UHGV virus genome: UHGV-2124252
Reading direction: 5' to 3' (one strand)
Source of the DNA: a virus
Length of the DNA: 38,108 nucleotides
Part shown: positions 17,426-27,198 of the stretch, piece after piece
Layout: each line of letters opens with the position of its first letter
Position numbering within the stretch: the stretch's first letter is position 1
The notes under the pieces: generated by a model
What the model saw: only the letters and a program-made list of their open reading frames with translations
Told to the model about the DNA's origin: nothing
Databases searched by the model: none
Made by a program: the position numbers and the translations under genes

Positions 17426-18541
17426 TTACAGGCAGCGTGCGACAGCAGCCTCATAGCTGATGCCTTCTTTTTTGGACAGGGCCACTGCTTTCTGATGCAG
17501 GGCCAGACGCTCAGGATCGGCTTCCGCAAACTCTGCCACATCCACCTTCACCGTGTCGCCGACACGCTCTTTTGTGGCCTGTTCGGCGAAATTCATCACC
17601 GGCTCCCCGTCGGAGAGCAATGAACGAAAGGCGGTGGCCAGCGGTGTGCGGCTTTCCCCCTCAGCAAACTCCACCGGCTTGTCGCCACCGGCGACGGCAT
17701 CCAGCAGGGCAACCACCACGGAGGAGGCGCGGGGAGCCAGACGGCCCTCTGCGACCAGTTTTTCTGCAAAGGCCACATTGTCCTTATGCAGTTGCTCCTG
17801 TCTGACCTGTGCATCACGCGCATCGCGATCAGCAGCCTGCTGCTTCAGGCGGCGGTTCTCCTCCTGAAGGGCTTCAATCTCTTCTTTTGTCATCGATGAT
17901 TCCTCGTTACTTGCGGAAGACGGCCCCGGGCCTGTCTCACTGAATTGTGCACCTGCTGCATCCTGCGACAGTGTGTCGCGGTACGCCTCTTCGCGCAGAC
18001 TGTTGAGCTGCCATTCCGGCAGGACTTTTTCTGCCTCGTCCAGACTGAAGCGGGCGATCAGAAAATCGCGCAGCTTTCCCCACAGGGAGGCATTCGTGAT
18101 GGCCTGCCAGTCGGCGAACTCCACCACACCTTCTTCCTGCTCACTGAAGGACACCTGTTTCAGCCCCTTGACGGAAGGTGGCTGTGCCCCGAGAAAGCCC
18201 ACATGGCGAAGGTAGAGCACGCCGGGCTTCGGATTGGACGGTGAATCCGGGAGGTAGAAAGAGGCGGACACTTTTTTGAATCGTCCGTCGGTGACCATCT
18301 CAGCAAACTGCGGGTCCAGCTGGGCAGGCTCTGCCATCAGATCGACGCCGCTGAGCGACAGGGCTTTCACCCAGCCCCACGCCGGGTCTTCCGTTCTGGG
18401 ATGACCAATCACGAGTGGTGCTTCATGGACGGACGGGTCATAGGCTTTCACGCAGGCGGCAAGATCGTCTGGCGTGAACGGCAGTTTTTTGCCGTGCATA
18501 TCGGTATGAGTACCGGCTTTAAAAATGTGAATGGCTGACAT
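17426..18541 (-). CDS. Head maturation protease / scaffold (Mu I-like; C-terminal part likely also expressed as scaffold Z)
   Basis: 371 aa, protease-like N-terminal half, acidic coiled-coil C-terminal half. Confidence 0.8.
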   Translation of the reverse strand: MSAIHIFKAGTHTDMHGKKLPFTPDDLAACVKAYDPSVHEAPLVIGHPRTEDPAWGWVKALSLSGVDLMAEPAQLDPQFAEMVTDGRFKKVSASFYLPDSPSNPKPGVLYLRHVGFLGAQPPSVKGLKQVSFSEQEEGVVEFADWQAITNASLWGKLRDFLIARFSLDEAEKVLPEWQLNSLREEAYRDTLSQDAAGAQFSETGPGPSSASNEESSMTKEEIEALQEENRRLKQQAADRDARDAQVRQEQLHKDNVAFAEKLVAEGRLAPRASSVVVALLDAVAGGDKPVEFAEGESRTPLATAFRSLLSDGEPVMNFAEQATKERVGDTVKVDVAEFAEADPERLALHQKAVALSKKEGISYEAAVARCL

Positions 18542-18755
18542 TTTGCTGTCCCGCGTTATGTTGTCGGAGACAGTTTGTGAGAAATGCAGGCCCGGCGATT
18601 TTAATCTGCTTTAGAAAACATCAGGGGAGAAGGACAGGGAAAGCAATGCGGTGAACCGGAGGCGGTTATAAAACAGAGGCTGTAAAGCCTTTATAAAGGT
18701 AATACAGCCCCTCATTCGCTGGCAATGATAAATCACCCGCCTGAAGAGAGAAAAC

Positions 18756-19214
18756 TCAGCGACGGGCCGATGATTCAAGATGGCGGACAATGGTATCGAG
18801 GATGGGGATTACCACTTCAGGCTGTAGTTCTCCATCCCCCGTCACCGGCAGGAACGGGCGGGCCGGAAGTTCAACAGACTCATTACGCCCCGTTTTACCC
18901 CCGAACTGGTGAATGGCACCGTAAACAACGTTGGTCCCCACAACAGCCTGCCGGTCGTCATGGTCGGTTGATACTGACCCCATCAGACGCCCGGTATCCT
19001 GCAGTGTCTGCCCGTCACGTTCTTCCGCTGCCAGCGAGGGGATCCACCCCGGACGCCCCTCATCAAGAAAGTTAAACTGTGTTTCCGCCAGCAGGGTTCC
19101 GGCGATTTTGCGCATCGCGGGCTCCAGGTCTGTGGCAGCAAGATCCAGCGCACGGAGGCTCCGGCGCAGGGATTTATCGTTAATGGTGATACTGACCAGG
19201 TTATCGGAAGCCAT
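18756..19214 (-). CDS. Virion morphogenesis protein (Mu G-like)
   Basis: 152 aa downstream of F-like gene. Confidence 0.7.
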   Translation of the reverse strand: MASDNLVSITINDKSLRRSLRALDLAATDLEPAMRKIAGTLLAETQFNFLDEGRPGWIPSLAAEERDGQTLQDTGRLMGSVSTDHDDRQAVVGTNVVYGAIHQFGGKTGRNESVELPARPFLPVTGDGELQPEVVIPILDTIVRHLESSARR

Positions 19215-19216
19215 TG

Positions 19217-20038
19217 TTATCCTCTCAGTTCCTGTTGTGCCAGTGGCTGAAGCGTACCCTGATAGCGGGCCAGGTCGGGACGGTATGCTGCCCCCGGTGC
19301 ATAAGACCAGCCGACGTCGGTGGTCACCTTCGTGGTGCCGGTATTAAAGGTGGCCACGTTCCGCATTTCGCCGGTTTTCTCTGAGACCAGTTTCAGTTCC
19401 TGGCCCATGGCAGAGCCGGAGCTGATAACCTTCAGGCCACGGGCACGGACATCCGCCGCACTCAGGGCAATCACACTACAGCGGCAGCGCCAGCCGTTCG
19501 GCGGGTAAAATGCCTGCCAGAACGGGTCATCCCAGCGCAGCACCAGACCATGCAGCGCCAGATGGCTCCTGCGGGTATGGCTGTCGTTGATGCCGGTATA
19601 CATCCAGTACGGCCTGTCGTCGACGTTTTCCATCTGTTCCGCCCAACGACCGGCGCTGTAGAGTACGGACATATTGGTGCGAAAGATGGTATCGAGCCGC
19701 CACGGACTGCCCTGCTGAATGGTGACCGGCTTACCCGTTACCGGGTCAGTCGTGTCACGTGGTCCCCACCATCCCTTACGCTTCAGCACCGGCTCCAGCT
19801 CCTGCCGGAACCAGCGATCGGTTTTTCCTTCATCGACAGCCTGCTGCAGTGCCCCGCGAATATCTTCCAGGATATCCAGGCGGGTCACTTTAGCAACGGT
19901 AAAGGCGCGGGCATGGGCCTCCTGCCACATTTCTTCCCAGTCCCAGGTAATCTGATACCCTTTGGACTTCAGGTAACTGACTGCCCGCTTCGGGGGAAGC
20001 GTCATGCAGTACGCCAGTTCAGCCGTTGTCACGCTCAT
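19217..20038 (-). CDS. Head morphogenesis protein (Mu F / SPP1 gp7 family)
   Basis: C-terminal RxxH...CRC-containing region; start chosen at ATG 20038 with GGGGA RBS. Confidence 0.75.
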   Translation of the reverse strand: MSVTTAELAYCMTLPPKRAVSYLKSKGYQITWDWEEMWQEAHARAFTVAKVTRLDILEDIRGALQQAVDEGKTDRWFRQELEPVLKRKGWWGPRDTTDPVTGKPVTIQQGSPWRLDTIFRTNMSVLYSAGRWAEQMENVDDRPYWMYTGINDSHTRRSHLALHGLVLRWDDPFWQAFYPPNGWRCRCSVIALSAADVRARGLKVISSGSAMGQELKLVSEKTGEMRNVATFNTGTTKVTTDVGWSYAPGAAYRPDLARYQGTLQPLAQQELRG

Positions 20039-21515
20039 GCAGACGTCCCCGGATATTTGCCACAAAGAGAATGCGGGCCAGCCGTTCCTGCAGATCGTCC
20101 GTGTTCATCTGAGGGTAGAGCTCCGCCAGTTCGCCCAGCAGCTCAGACGGGTTAACCCCGTTTTCGACCCGCTTAAACAGAGGTGCCAGGACGGGTTCCA
20201 GCGTGCCATTTAACACACCTCCGTTCATCAGAATGTCCAGCGCGTCGTCAAGCTGCTGCTGAGCCTGAATATCGGCATCAATCGCCTCGGCAAATGACAG
20301 CGGCAGCATGTTATTCTGGCGTTCCGACGGTGGTGTCTCGTCAATATCGCCGTCCTGCAGCTGGTACTCACGCTTAAAGTATTGCGGGGTCAGACGCAGA
20401 CCCGCCCGGGTGAGTTTTTCGTCGCGGGTGGCGCGGGTGTCATCAATGGTCTCCTGTTCCCACATGGCCCAGACCGGACACGGCACATCGCCGAAGTTCA
20501 GGGTGACCACCGTTCTGATAACCTGATTCACTGCTGCCTGAATGATGTCCGCATCCGCATCGCGGATATCAGCCGTTACCTCCAGCCCGGCCTGTGCAGA
20601 GGCCTTGTTACTGTTCGCTTCCGTGGTCTGATTCTGACCAAGTAATGCAATGGAGATCTCACTGCGTGACAGTGTGATCAGCTCGCGGAATACCTCGCTG
20701 CTGTCCGCCTTACCATCCGCGGCTTTGAGTTCGATGCTGCTGTCATCGGGGATGGCGGCCACCGCGTCCTCCACCATCTGCTCCATGGAGTCCAGCAGTT
20801 TTTCAATCTCTGCATCATTTGCACCCCTCGGGTGCTTACCGATCACCCACGGGGAGCCAAACTTTTCGGCAAAGCGGAGCCAGAATTTCATCCCGCCTTT
20901 CTTGAAGGCGACCGGCCAGAAGCACATGGACAGGTCCGGGAAACCGTAAGGATTGTCATACGAGGCATCCTGTGCCGGCACCACGAATTTTGACGGTGAC
21001 AGCAGCTCACCCTCCACACCCGCATCACGCGCCCGGAAGCGCAGGCAGTTGTCCGTATCAAACTGAAACCACTCAGGCGGTTTGCCGACAATATCCGTCA
21101 CTGCCCACGCCCTGACCGAACGGCCCCACATGATTTCACAGGGCTGATACCCGTAGAGCACGGCATCACTCATCTCACCGATGATGCGGGACAGATCCAG
21201 ATCGTCGAGCATGTCGCGGATGAAACGGAAGACCCGGGCAGAAGCGTGACCGCGCTCCAGTCCACGCTCCAGTGATTTGAGCGCTGCTTTACGTCTGCGG
21301 ATACAGCCCCCGACCAGCGGGTCGGTGCGCAGTTCGCGGTAGATACGGATATCCCGTCCCTGAGCCTTGAGAATGGGATCAGGATTGGGCAGATACATGC
21401 CCAGTCCGTAAAAGTCGATCGCGCGGCTGCGGGAGGCAATCTGCGCGGTCAGTGATTTCTGAGGCTCAGAAAAAGCAACAAATTCATCGGGTGAAACCCA
21501 GATACCTTTAGCCAT
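20019..21515 (-). CDS. Portal protein (Mu H / gp29-like)
   Basis: 498 aa between terminase and F-like genes. Confidence 0.85.
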   Translation of the reverse strand: MAKGIWVSPDEFVAFSEPQKSLTAQIASRSRAIDFYGLGMYLPNPDPILKAQGRDIRIYRELRTDPLVGGCIRRRKAALKSLERGLERGHASARVFRFIRDMLDDLDLSRIIGEMSDAVLYGYQPCEIMWGRSVRAWAVTDIVGKPPEWFQFDTDNCLRFRARDAGVEGELLSPSKFVVPAQDASYDNPYGFPDLSMCFWPVAFKKGGMKFWLRFAEKFGSPWVIGKHPRGANDAEIEKLLDSMEQMVEDAVAAIPDDSSIELKAADGKADSSEVFRELITLSRSEISIALLGQNQTTEANSNKASAQAGLEVTADIRDADADIIQAAVNQVIRTVVTLNFGDVPCPVWAMWEQETIDDTRATRDEKLTRAGLRLTPQYFKREYQLQDGDIDETPPSERQNNMLPLSFAEAIDADIQAQQQLDDALDILMNGGVLNGTLEPVLAPLFKRVENGVNPSELLGELAELYPQMNTDDLQERLARILFVANIRGRLHERDNG

Positions 21516-23038
21516 CAGTACCCCTCCAGCATGCGGGCCGCCTGACGACGACGGCGTGAGCTTGCCTTCACCGGCCCTTTGTTAATTTCACGGCTGGCGA
21601 AATACGCCAGCGCCAGTGCGATGGCTGAATCCCCGTGACGTTTACCACCATCAGCCTTTGCTTTTGAGCGTTGCTCCGGCACGCGGGGGACACCATTCAC
21701 CACCTGAACGGCCCGCAGGTCATCCAGTGTGTCTTCATCCTTTGGTAAGTCCACCAGGTTACCGTCTTCCAGTGCAGCTTTGACCGGAGGCATATGCTCC
21801 CGGTACCAGCCTTCGGTTGGCATCACCTGCTGAACCCGGCCGGAGCCGTAGCGCTGCATGGCGTATTCAGCCAGATAGGCACCATTACCACGGGCATCAA
21901 ACGCTGCACCCAGCAGACCGGGCAGGCCATCCATCAGATACCAGGTGATTTGCTCCTGCTGCCTGAACGGCACGTTACGCAACTCCAGTACGAATGGCAC
22001 GCGTCGTATCAGGTTCTTCTCCTGCAACAACGGGTAGTCCACCGACAAATCCCCGCTACGGCCAAAGTCACGCCCCAGAAAAGAGCGGGCACCAGCGGGG
22101 AGCGCCTCCAGTAATGGTTTCAGATGCTCATCAAGCCAGTCCTGCGTCTCGCGGAAGCGAACCTCATCAGACAGCAGTTCATAACCTTCCTTGCAGGTCA
22201 GACGCAATACCGGCGTATCAGCGGACATGCGGGACTCTATCAGGGCTCGGGACAGCCAGGCACCGCCACCGTTGGCCGGAATACAGTCAAGCTCTTCGGA
22301 TGCACCGGCACCGTAGAATTTGTACACCGACGCCATCCAGGCCTGCTCGGATGCCTCCGACCATTCCTTCCCGGTGCGCAGACAAACGCGCCGGAACAGC
22401 CCCTCAGATACGGCTTCCCGGAAAGTAATGCGATGTACGCTGCCTCCCTGACGTCCGGCACGGATATCCCCGATAAGCGTATTGAACGGATTGTCGTCAC
22501 CGTCATGGGTGGAGATAACGCGTACCTTTCCCCCCCAGATAAGCATCGCCAGCGCCGCTTTCAGCAGTTCGTCCAGTTGCTCATGGAACGCCGCTTCGTC
22601 GATAACAATAATACCCTGACGGCCACGCAGGTTAGACGGGCGGCTGGAGAGCGCAACAATACGAAAGCCGGAGTCAGGAAATTTGATGGTGTAAGTCCTG
22701 ATGTGTTTGTCGTCGTCGTCCTCTTCCCAGAATCCTTCTTCAATTTCACTGGCCGCATAGTTGAATGCCCGTGCCCACATCGCACACGCCTGAATGTATT
22801 CGACGGTCATGTCCTGGTTATAAGCGATGTAATACACATTCATCCCGCCTGCTGGCGCAGAAGAGGCGGCGGTCAGTACGTTATCGGATGCCTCAGCCCA
22901 TGTAATACCGGTACGACGGCTCTTTTCTATCACCTTAAGCGGAGAGGCATCTGCCACCCAGCGCTGCTGGTAGGGCAACAGAACGGGAGGGGCCTTATAA
23001 CTCGCGGTGTCAGGAATGTGCGGCGGCAGCTCCGTCAT
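21515..23038 (-). CDS. Terminase large subunit (Mu gp28-like)
   Basis: 507 aa, ATPase region with Walker B-like IVIDEAAF, acidic nuclease-like C-terminal part. Confidence 0.85.
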   Translation of the reverse strand: MTELPPHIPDTASYKAPPVLLPYQQRWVADASPLKVIEKSRRTGITWAEASDNVLTAASSAPAGGMNVYYIAYNQDMTVEYIQACAMWARAFNYAASEIEEGFWEEDDDDKHIRTYTIKFPDSGFRIVALSSRPSNLRGRQGIIVIDEAAFHEQLDELLKAALAMLIWGGKVRVISTHDGDDNPFNTLIGDIRAGRQGGSVHRITFREAVSEGLFRRVCLRTGKEWSEASEQAWMASVYKFYGAGASEELDCIPANGGGAWLSRALIESRMSADTPVLRLTCKEGYELLSDEVRFRETQDWLDEHLKPLLEALPAGARSFLGRDFGRSGDLSVDYPLLQEKNLIRRVPFVLELRNVPFRQQEQITWYLMDGLPGLLGAAFDARGNGAYLAEYAMQRYGSGRVQQVMPTEGWYREHMPPVKAALEDGNLVDLPKDEDTLDDLRAVQVVNGVPRVPEQRSKAKADGGKRHGDSAIALALAYFASREINKGPVKASSRRRRQAARMLEGY

Positions 23039-23577
23039 GATACCACCCCCAGAATTTCCCGGCGCAGTGCCTGTACGGCTTCCGCAGAGAGCCCGCCCTT
23101 ACGGGCAATTTTCTCGGCGGCAGCGGCAGCACGTTCAACCCTCTCTCTGACTTCTGCCTGATAGCGCTTGAGGTTGACCGAGGCGCGGGTCAGTGTGGCG
23201 ATATTTTTTGAAGCCGTTGCCAGCAGTTTTGCCCGGGCGAAGGGATCGTCGTTTTCCCGCGACTCCTGCAGGCGCATCAGGATATCCGTCATTTCGGTCT
23301 GGACGAGGGTTATCAGCCCGGCTGAACGGTCATCAGGATCGTCTCCGGCCTCCCGGGCAAGCAGACGCGCTGCCTCGGTTGCCGCCCGCACCCGGGCCAG
23401 TTGCTGCTCCATTTTGTAGCCAAACCGCTGCAGGGAAGAGCGGGTGATGCTGTACCCCTTTTCCTTCAACAGACTTTCAAGCTCTGCATAGCCGGTGAAA
23501 TTATTCTCCGTCAGTGCCCGCTCAAGCCAGCGACGGACCTCCTTCGGCAGAGAATCAATGCTGCTGCGACGTCCCAT
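23035..23577 (-). CDS. Terminase small subunit-like DNA-binding protein (Mu gp27-like)
   Basis: MGRRSSIDSLPKEVRRWLE... N-terminal HTH; immediately upstream of large terminase. Confidence 0.65.
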   Translation of the reverse strand: MGRRSSIDSLPKEVRRWLERALTENNFTGYAELESLLKEKGYSITRSSLQRFGYKMEQQLARVRAATEAARLLAREAGDDPDDRSAGLITLVQTEMTDILMRLQESRENDDPFARAKLLATASKNIATLTRASVNLKRYQAEVRERVERAAAAAEKIARKGGLSAEAVQALRREILGVVS

Positions 23578-23579
23578 AA

Positions 23580-23891
23580 TCACTCACTCCAGTATTTTTC
23601 CGGGCGGGCAATACCGGGGCCGCATTCCACGGTGTATTCCACAATATCCACACCAAGGCGACTCAGATCGGCAAACCAGTCACCGGAAGGCCTCTTCTCC
23701 AGTTCCACCATCTTGCGATCTGCCAGGTAATCAAGCTCACGGCGCAGCTCCAGTTGCGTGGTGTCCGGGTAGATGGCGCGGGACACTTCCAGCAGCAGCG
23801 TCTCGCTGGCGGTATAAGGGCGGGTTTTGTTCAGGGCAACCAGCAGACTCCAGCGCAGGGATTCGCGGCGTACCCGGGTAATATCGACCAT
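23580..23891 (-). CDS. Hypothetical protein (Mu gp26 position)
   Basis: 103 aa, coupled. Confidence 0.5.
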   Translation of the reverse strand: MVDITRVRRESLRWSLLVALNKTRPYTASETLLLEVSRAIYPDTTQLELRRELDYLADRKMVELEKRPSGDWFADLSRLGVDIVEYTVECGPGIARPEKYWSE

Positions 23892-24217
23892 TATTGACCT
23901 CCGGTATTGCGGTACTGCTGTACCACTTCCAGTTTGTTGTAGAGCGCGTCCAGTTTGGCCTCGATGACTGTCTGGCCACGGATATAATCCTCGCGACGGA
24001 CATAATTCAGCGGTAAATCCGCTTTAAATCGCATAAATTCTTTTTCCAGTTCGCCCCAGTTGGAGGCGGACTGTTGCAGGGCCTGCTCAAGGGAGGCGAA
24101 TCGTGCCGCCTGGCGTTCTTCTGTTTTACTGAACAACCATTTGGCGAGCCCTCCCACAAACCCCATGAAGGTGAGCAAAAAACTCACCACCGTCCAGAAT
24201 TCAACCTGCAGTGTCAT
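23891..24217 (-). CDS. Small membrane protein with N-terminal TM helix (Mu gp25 position; possible lysis accessory)
   Basis: N-terminal hydrophobic stretch then coiled-coil-like region. Confidence 0.5.
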   Translation of the reverse strand: MTLQVEFWTVVSFLLTFMGFVGGLAKWLFSKTEERQAARFASLEQALQQSASNWGELEKEFMRFKADLPLNYVRREDYIRGQTVIEAKLDALYNKLEVVQQYRNTGGQ

Positions 24218-24867
24218 TTCTGTAATCCTTCCCGTTCATCCAGTAGCGCGTTTATCTGGTTTCGCCAGCGACGACATTGCCCTGCGTTGTCGATGATGTT
24301 GGCAAGGACGTCAAGCTGGGAGACACCCGAATTGCGTAACCGGGCGTCAGCGGTTTCAGGTTGCCCGGTCGCTGCGCCAGTGCCGGTGCCAGCGGCGGCA
24401 ACTGAGTCTGAATGACCGGTGTCGACGGATGCGTTGTCGTATCCGAGTGCGGCGTTGTACTGGCGCACGAAACCGCGAGTAAACACGCACTCAATGGGAT
24501 GGCTCTTACCTTTTTCATCAATCCAGCGCTGTGTGACATCGTTAATTTGCCCCTGTAGTTGTTTGTTCTGGTCCTCCAGTTGAGCAATCTGCTCAAGATA
24601 ACCAGCTTCAGCCCGTTGCCCGGCGGCTACCTGCTCCTGATAACGCTCAGACCATGCGCGCAACGCCGCCACCTCACGCCGGGCCTGTTCTGCCCGGTAT
24701 CCGTCAAAATCCGCCTGCAGGCGGCTGAGCGCCGCCTGACCGTCAGCGGAGGCCCGGTCGTGGCCTGTGCTGTATCCCAGCCACCAGATCGCCAGCAGGA
24801 AGGTGTTCAGGAGAATGGCCAGCATAATGACCCGCCACGGCAGCGACCGTAACTTACGTACCCACAC
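24214..24867 (-). CDS. i-spanin (Rz-like inner membrane spanin)
   Basis: N-terminal TM helix (VIMLAILLNTFLLAIWWLGY) then long coiled-coil region; GTG 24867 with GGAGGGG RBS (alternative ATG 24825); downstream of endolysin. Confidence 0.6.
   Translation of the reverse strand: MWVRKLRSLPWRVIMLAILLNTFLLAIWWLGYSTGHDRASADGQAALSRLQADFDGYRAEQARREVAALRAWSERYQEQVAAGQRAEAGYLEQIAQLEDQNKQLQGQINDVTQRWIDEKGKSHPIECVFTRGFVRQYNAALGYDNASVDTGHSDSVAAAGTGTGAATGQPETADARLRNSGVSQLDVLANIIDNAGQCRRWRNQINALLDEREGLQK
24252..24518 (-). CDS. o-spanin (Rz1-like outer membrane lipoprotein) embedded in i-spanin gene
   Basis: MKKVRAIPLSACLLAVSC... signal peptide with lipobox-like Cys, proline-rich mature part, encoded in alternate frame entirely inside the i-spanin ORF. 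Confidence 0.6.
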   Translation of the reverse strand: MKKVRAIPLSACLLAVSCASTTPHSDTTTHPSTPVIQTQLPPLAPALAQRPGNLKPLTPGYAIRVSPSLTSLPTSSTTQGNVVAGETR

Positions 24868-25591
24868 AGCTTGCCCCTCCCCATGAGAGATAACGCGGGG
24901 CCAGCGTGAACAGGATGCGCTGGGGATAATGACGGTTCTCCCGCCAGCTGGCAGTGCTGCGTCCGGCATTCACCGTGGCGACATGACCAAACCAGCGGGT
25001 GCTGTCCAGCCCTTTTTGTGATGCAAGCCGCCTGTCCCGCTGTACCCAGCCCAGACCACCGTTATAGCCCGACAGTGTCATGGCCATACGCTCGCAGTCA
25101 CTGGCGGCGCTGACGCGCTGCCACAGCCAGCGGTCATAGCTGACCAGCGCCCGGATGGCCCATGCCGGATTAAATGGCTCACGGCTGTTAAGCCCCGGCA
25201 TCAACTGACTTATCCAGTCGGCGGTGGCGGGCATGAACTGCGCCAGTCCCTGAGCGCCAACCGGCGAGATCGCATCAGGTCGCCAGCCGCTTTCCTGATG
25301 CAGTTGCGCAGCGAAATCAGCCACCGGCGCAGACAGTCCCCATTCAAGCCGGGCATTACGGATCACATCATCGCGATACTGCAGCGCTGCCTGCGGAGGC
25401 TGCGCTGCGCGGGCCTGACTGAAGAAGCCGCCACACCAGAGCAACATTGCGACAAAGAATACCCGTGCCATATGAACCAGAAAGGTCCCGGCGCGGACTG
25501 ACAGGCGTTCGGTTCTGATGAAGACCCTAAAGGCTTCGAAAGCCAGTTTCAGGGACATGCATACAATCCAGGTGATCTGCGGCCAGTTCAT
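24854..25591 (-). CDS. Endolysin, lytic transglycosylase (SLT domain) with N-terminal signal or signal-anchor
   Basis: …ESGWRPDAISPVGAQGLAQFMPATA… motif; N-terminal hydrophobic segment MARVFFVAMLLWCGGFF…ARAAQ; true start may be ATG 25471. Confidence 0.75.
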   Translation of the reverse strand: MNWPQITWIVCMSLKLAFEAFRVFIRTERLSVRAGTFLVHMARVFFVAMLLWCGGFFSQARAAQPPQAALQYRDDVIRNARLEWGLSAPVADFAAQLHQESGWRPDAISPVGAQGLAQFMPATADWISQLMPGLNSREPFNPAWAIRALVSYDRWLWQRVSAASDCERMAMTLSGYNGGLGWVQRDRRLASQKGLDSTRWFGHVATVNAGRSTASWRENRHYPQRILFTLAPRYLSWGGASCVGT

Positions 25592-25593
25592 GA

Positions 25594-25944
25594 TTAAAGC
25601 CCCATCGCAACAGCCAGACAGACCGCTGCAACAATCAGTGCACGGCGGATTAACGCAGCAGAAAACACCAGGTGAAGGCCGGTCTGTACCGGGAAACGCC
25701 CATCAGCCATCAGCCTGTCGTCATGTTTCAGGTACTGACCGGGACGGGCTTTGGGGAAGAGCGAACGGTCAAGCCAGTAACCCAGCACTGCTGCCAGCGT
25801 GATGAGTGCCAGCTTGTAGATCACAACAGGCAACTGCTGTGGCGAGACCAGAGCGATGGTGCCCAGCAACAGCACTGAGGTCAGCAGCCAGCCGCTGAGG
25901 CGAGGTTTTTTAACAGGGGGAATGAATTTTTTCAGGTTTTTCAT
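25594..25944 (-). CDS. Holin-like membrane protein (3 predicted TM helices)
   Basis: 116 aa from ATG 25944 with AAGGAG RBS; first gene of late operon, directly upstream of endolysin. Confidence 0.5.
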   Translation of the reverse strand: MKNLKKFIPPVKKPRLSGWLLTSVLLLGTIALVSPQQLPVVIYKLALITLAAVLGYWLDRSLFPKARPGQYLKHDDRLMADGRFPVQTGLHLVFSAALIRRALIVAAVCLAVAMGL

Positions 25945-26074
25945 GTGTGTCTCCTTGTCTGGTGGAGACAGCATCACAAATACAGGGCGCGAAGGATTTT
26001 AAAGCGCGTTAAGAGAGCCGGGGATACGGGATGTGCAGGATAAACGATGAATTATTCACAGAGGAGAATACGAT

Positions 26075-26818
26075 ATGACGCAGACACTGAATCCGGTCAT
26101 CACTGTCACCGTGTCCGGTCCTGTGGGCAGCGGTAAAAGTTACATATTGGCGCGGATAGAGGAAGTGGTGAAACAGGAATTCGGGGGCAGCGTCATTGTC
26201 GATGCTGCAGACGTAGATGATGAGCGGCGTATGAGTGGCGATGATCTGACGACCTGGCAGAAGCCACGGGGTGGCACAGTGATCAGGCTGGAGGAATACA
26301 CGGGACAGGGCCTGTTGTCATACGGCGAGGAGCGTATCTGTCGGACGAATGAGCTGCTGGATGTTATATGCCCCACGGGCCGGCAACCCTGGATACTGCC
26401 CGATGCACTGCATGCCACCATTGCGGCACTGATGACAGTTTACGATCAGGAGCTGCTCATGAAGGAGCTACGTAAACTCACCGGTCAGCCAACAGAATGT
26501 TTTTCTGCCCCGAAGTACGGGAAACAGGAACACATCCCGGTGAACACGCTCCCCGTTAACCAGCCTCCCCGGTTCTTCGACGAATACATTCTGACACCGG
26601 AAAATAAAGCTGAGCACGAAGAGATCAAAGCGGCGTTGTTCCGGGAAATCAGGAAGATTGCTGAAATGCAACTGGGGGGCGGGCTGGACAGAGTGATGGC
26701 GAGAGGAGAATGGGAGTCGCTGTTTGAAAGAGTTTCCCCGGAATTACTTCCCCTCGCACTGGCTATCGGGATTATGCAGACAGCGGATAAACCTCACTTA
26801 CGTTCATTAAACACGTAA
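26075..26818 (+). CDS. P-loop NTPase-domain protein, function unknown
   Basis: 247 aa, GAGGAG RBS, Walker A GPVGSGKS near N-terminus; divergent from late operon. Confidence 0.65.
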   Translation: MTQTLNPVITVTVSGPVGSGKSYILARIEEVVKQEFGGSVIVDAADVDDERRMSGDDLTTWQKPRGGTVIRLEEYTGQGLLSYGEERICRTNELLDVICPTGRQPWILPDALHATIAALMTVYDQELLMKELRKLTGQPTECFSAPKYGKQEHIPVNTLPVNQPPRFFDEYILTPENKAEHEEIKAALFREIRKIAEMQLGGGLDRVMARGEWESLFERVSPELLPLALAIGIMQTADKPHLRSLNT

Positions 26819-27198
26819 CGCATAATCCGGGATACGCATTCAGCGATGACTGCATTTTCACCGGTTTTTACTGCATCCAGAAGTGACTCTTTAAATGGTG
26901 CGGGCCGGGGCTGCAGAAGGGTCGGCGTGGCATTGAGCAGACGGAGCGTTTTTTCCGTGAGGACGACATCAGCCGCTCCCACAGCCAGCAACTGAGAGTA
27001 ACGAATATAGCTGTTATCCCGAAGCCATATCAGCGTATCAATAAAATACCGGCACTTTTTCTGGTCGTGATCAACCTGGTCCGGGATATCGAAAAAACCA
27101 GAATAAATCAAAACCTGAGGTGCCGGATGCGTGTTCAGTAATCGGCAGAATATTTTGCCGGTGAGTGCATAAAAATCATCATTTAAGGAGTGCATCAT
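26794..27198 (-). CDS. Hypothetical protein
   Basis: 134 aa, only long ORF in an AT-richer stretch; GGGGA RBS. Confidence 0.5.
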   Translation of the reverse strand: MMHSLNDDFYALTGKIFCRLLNTHPAPQVLIYSGFFDIPDQVDHDQKKCRYFIDTLIWLRDNSYIRYSQLLAVGAADVVLTEKTLRLLNATPTLLQPRPAPFKESLLDAVKTGENAVIAECVSRIMRYVFNERK

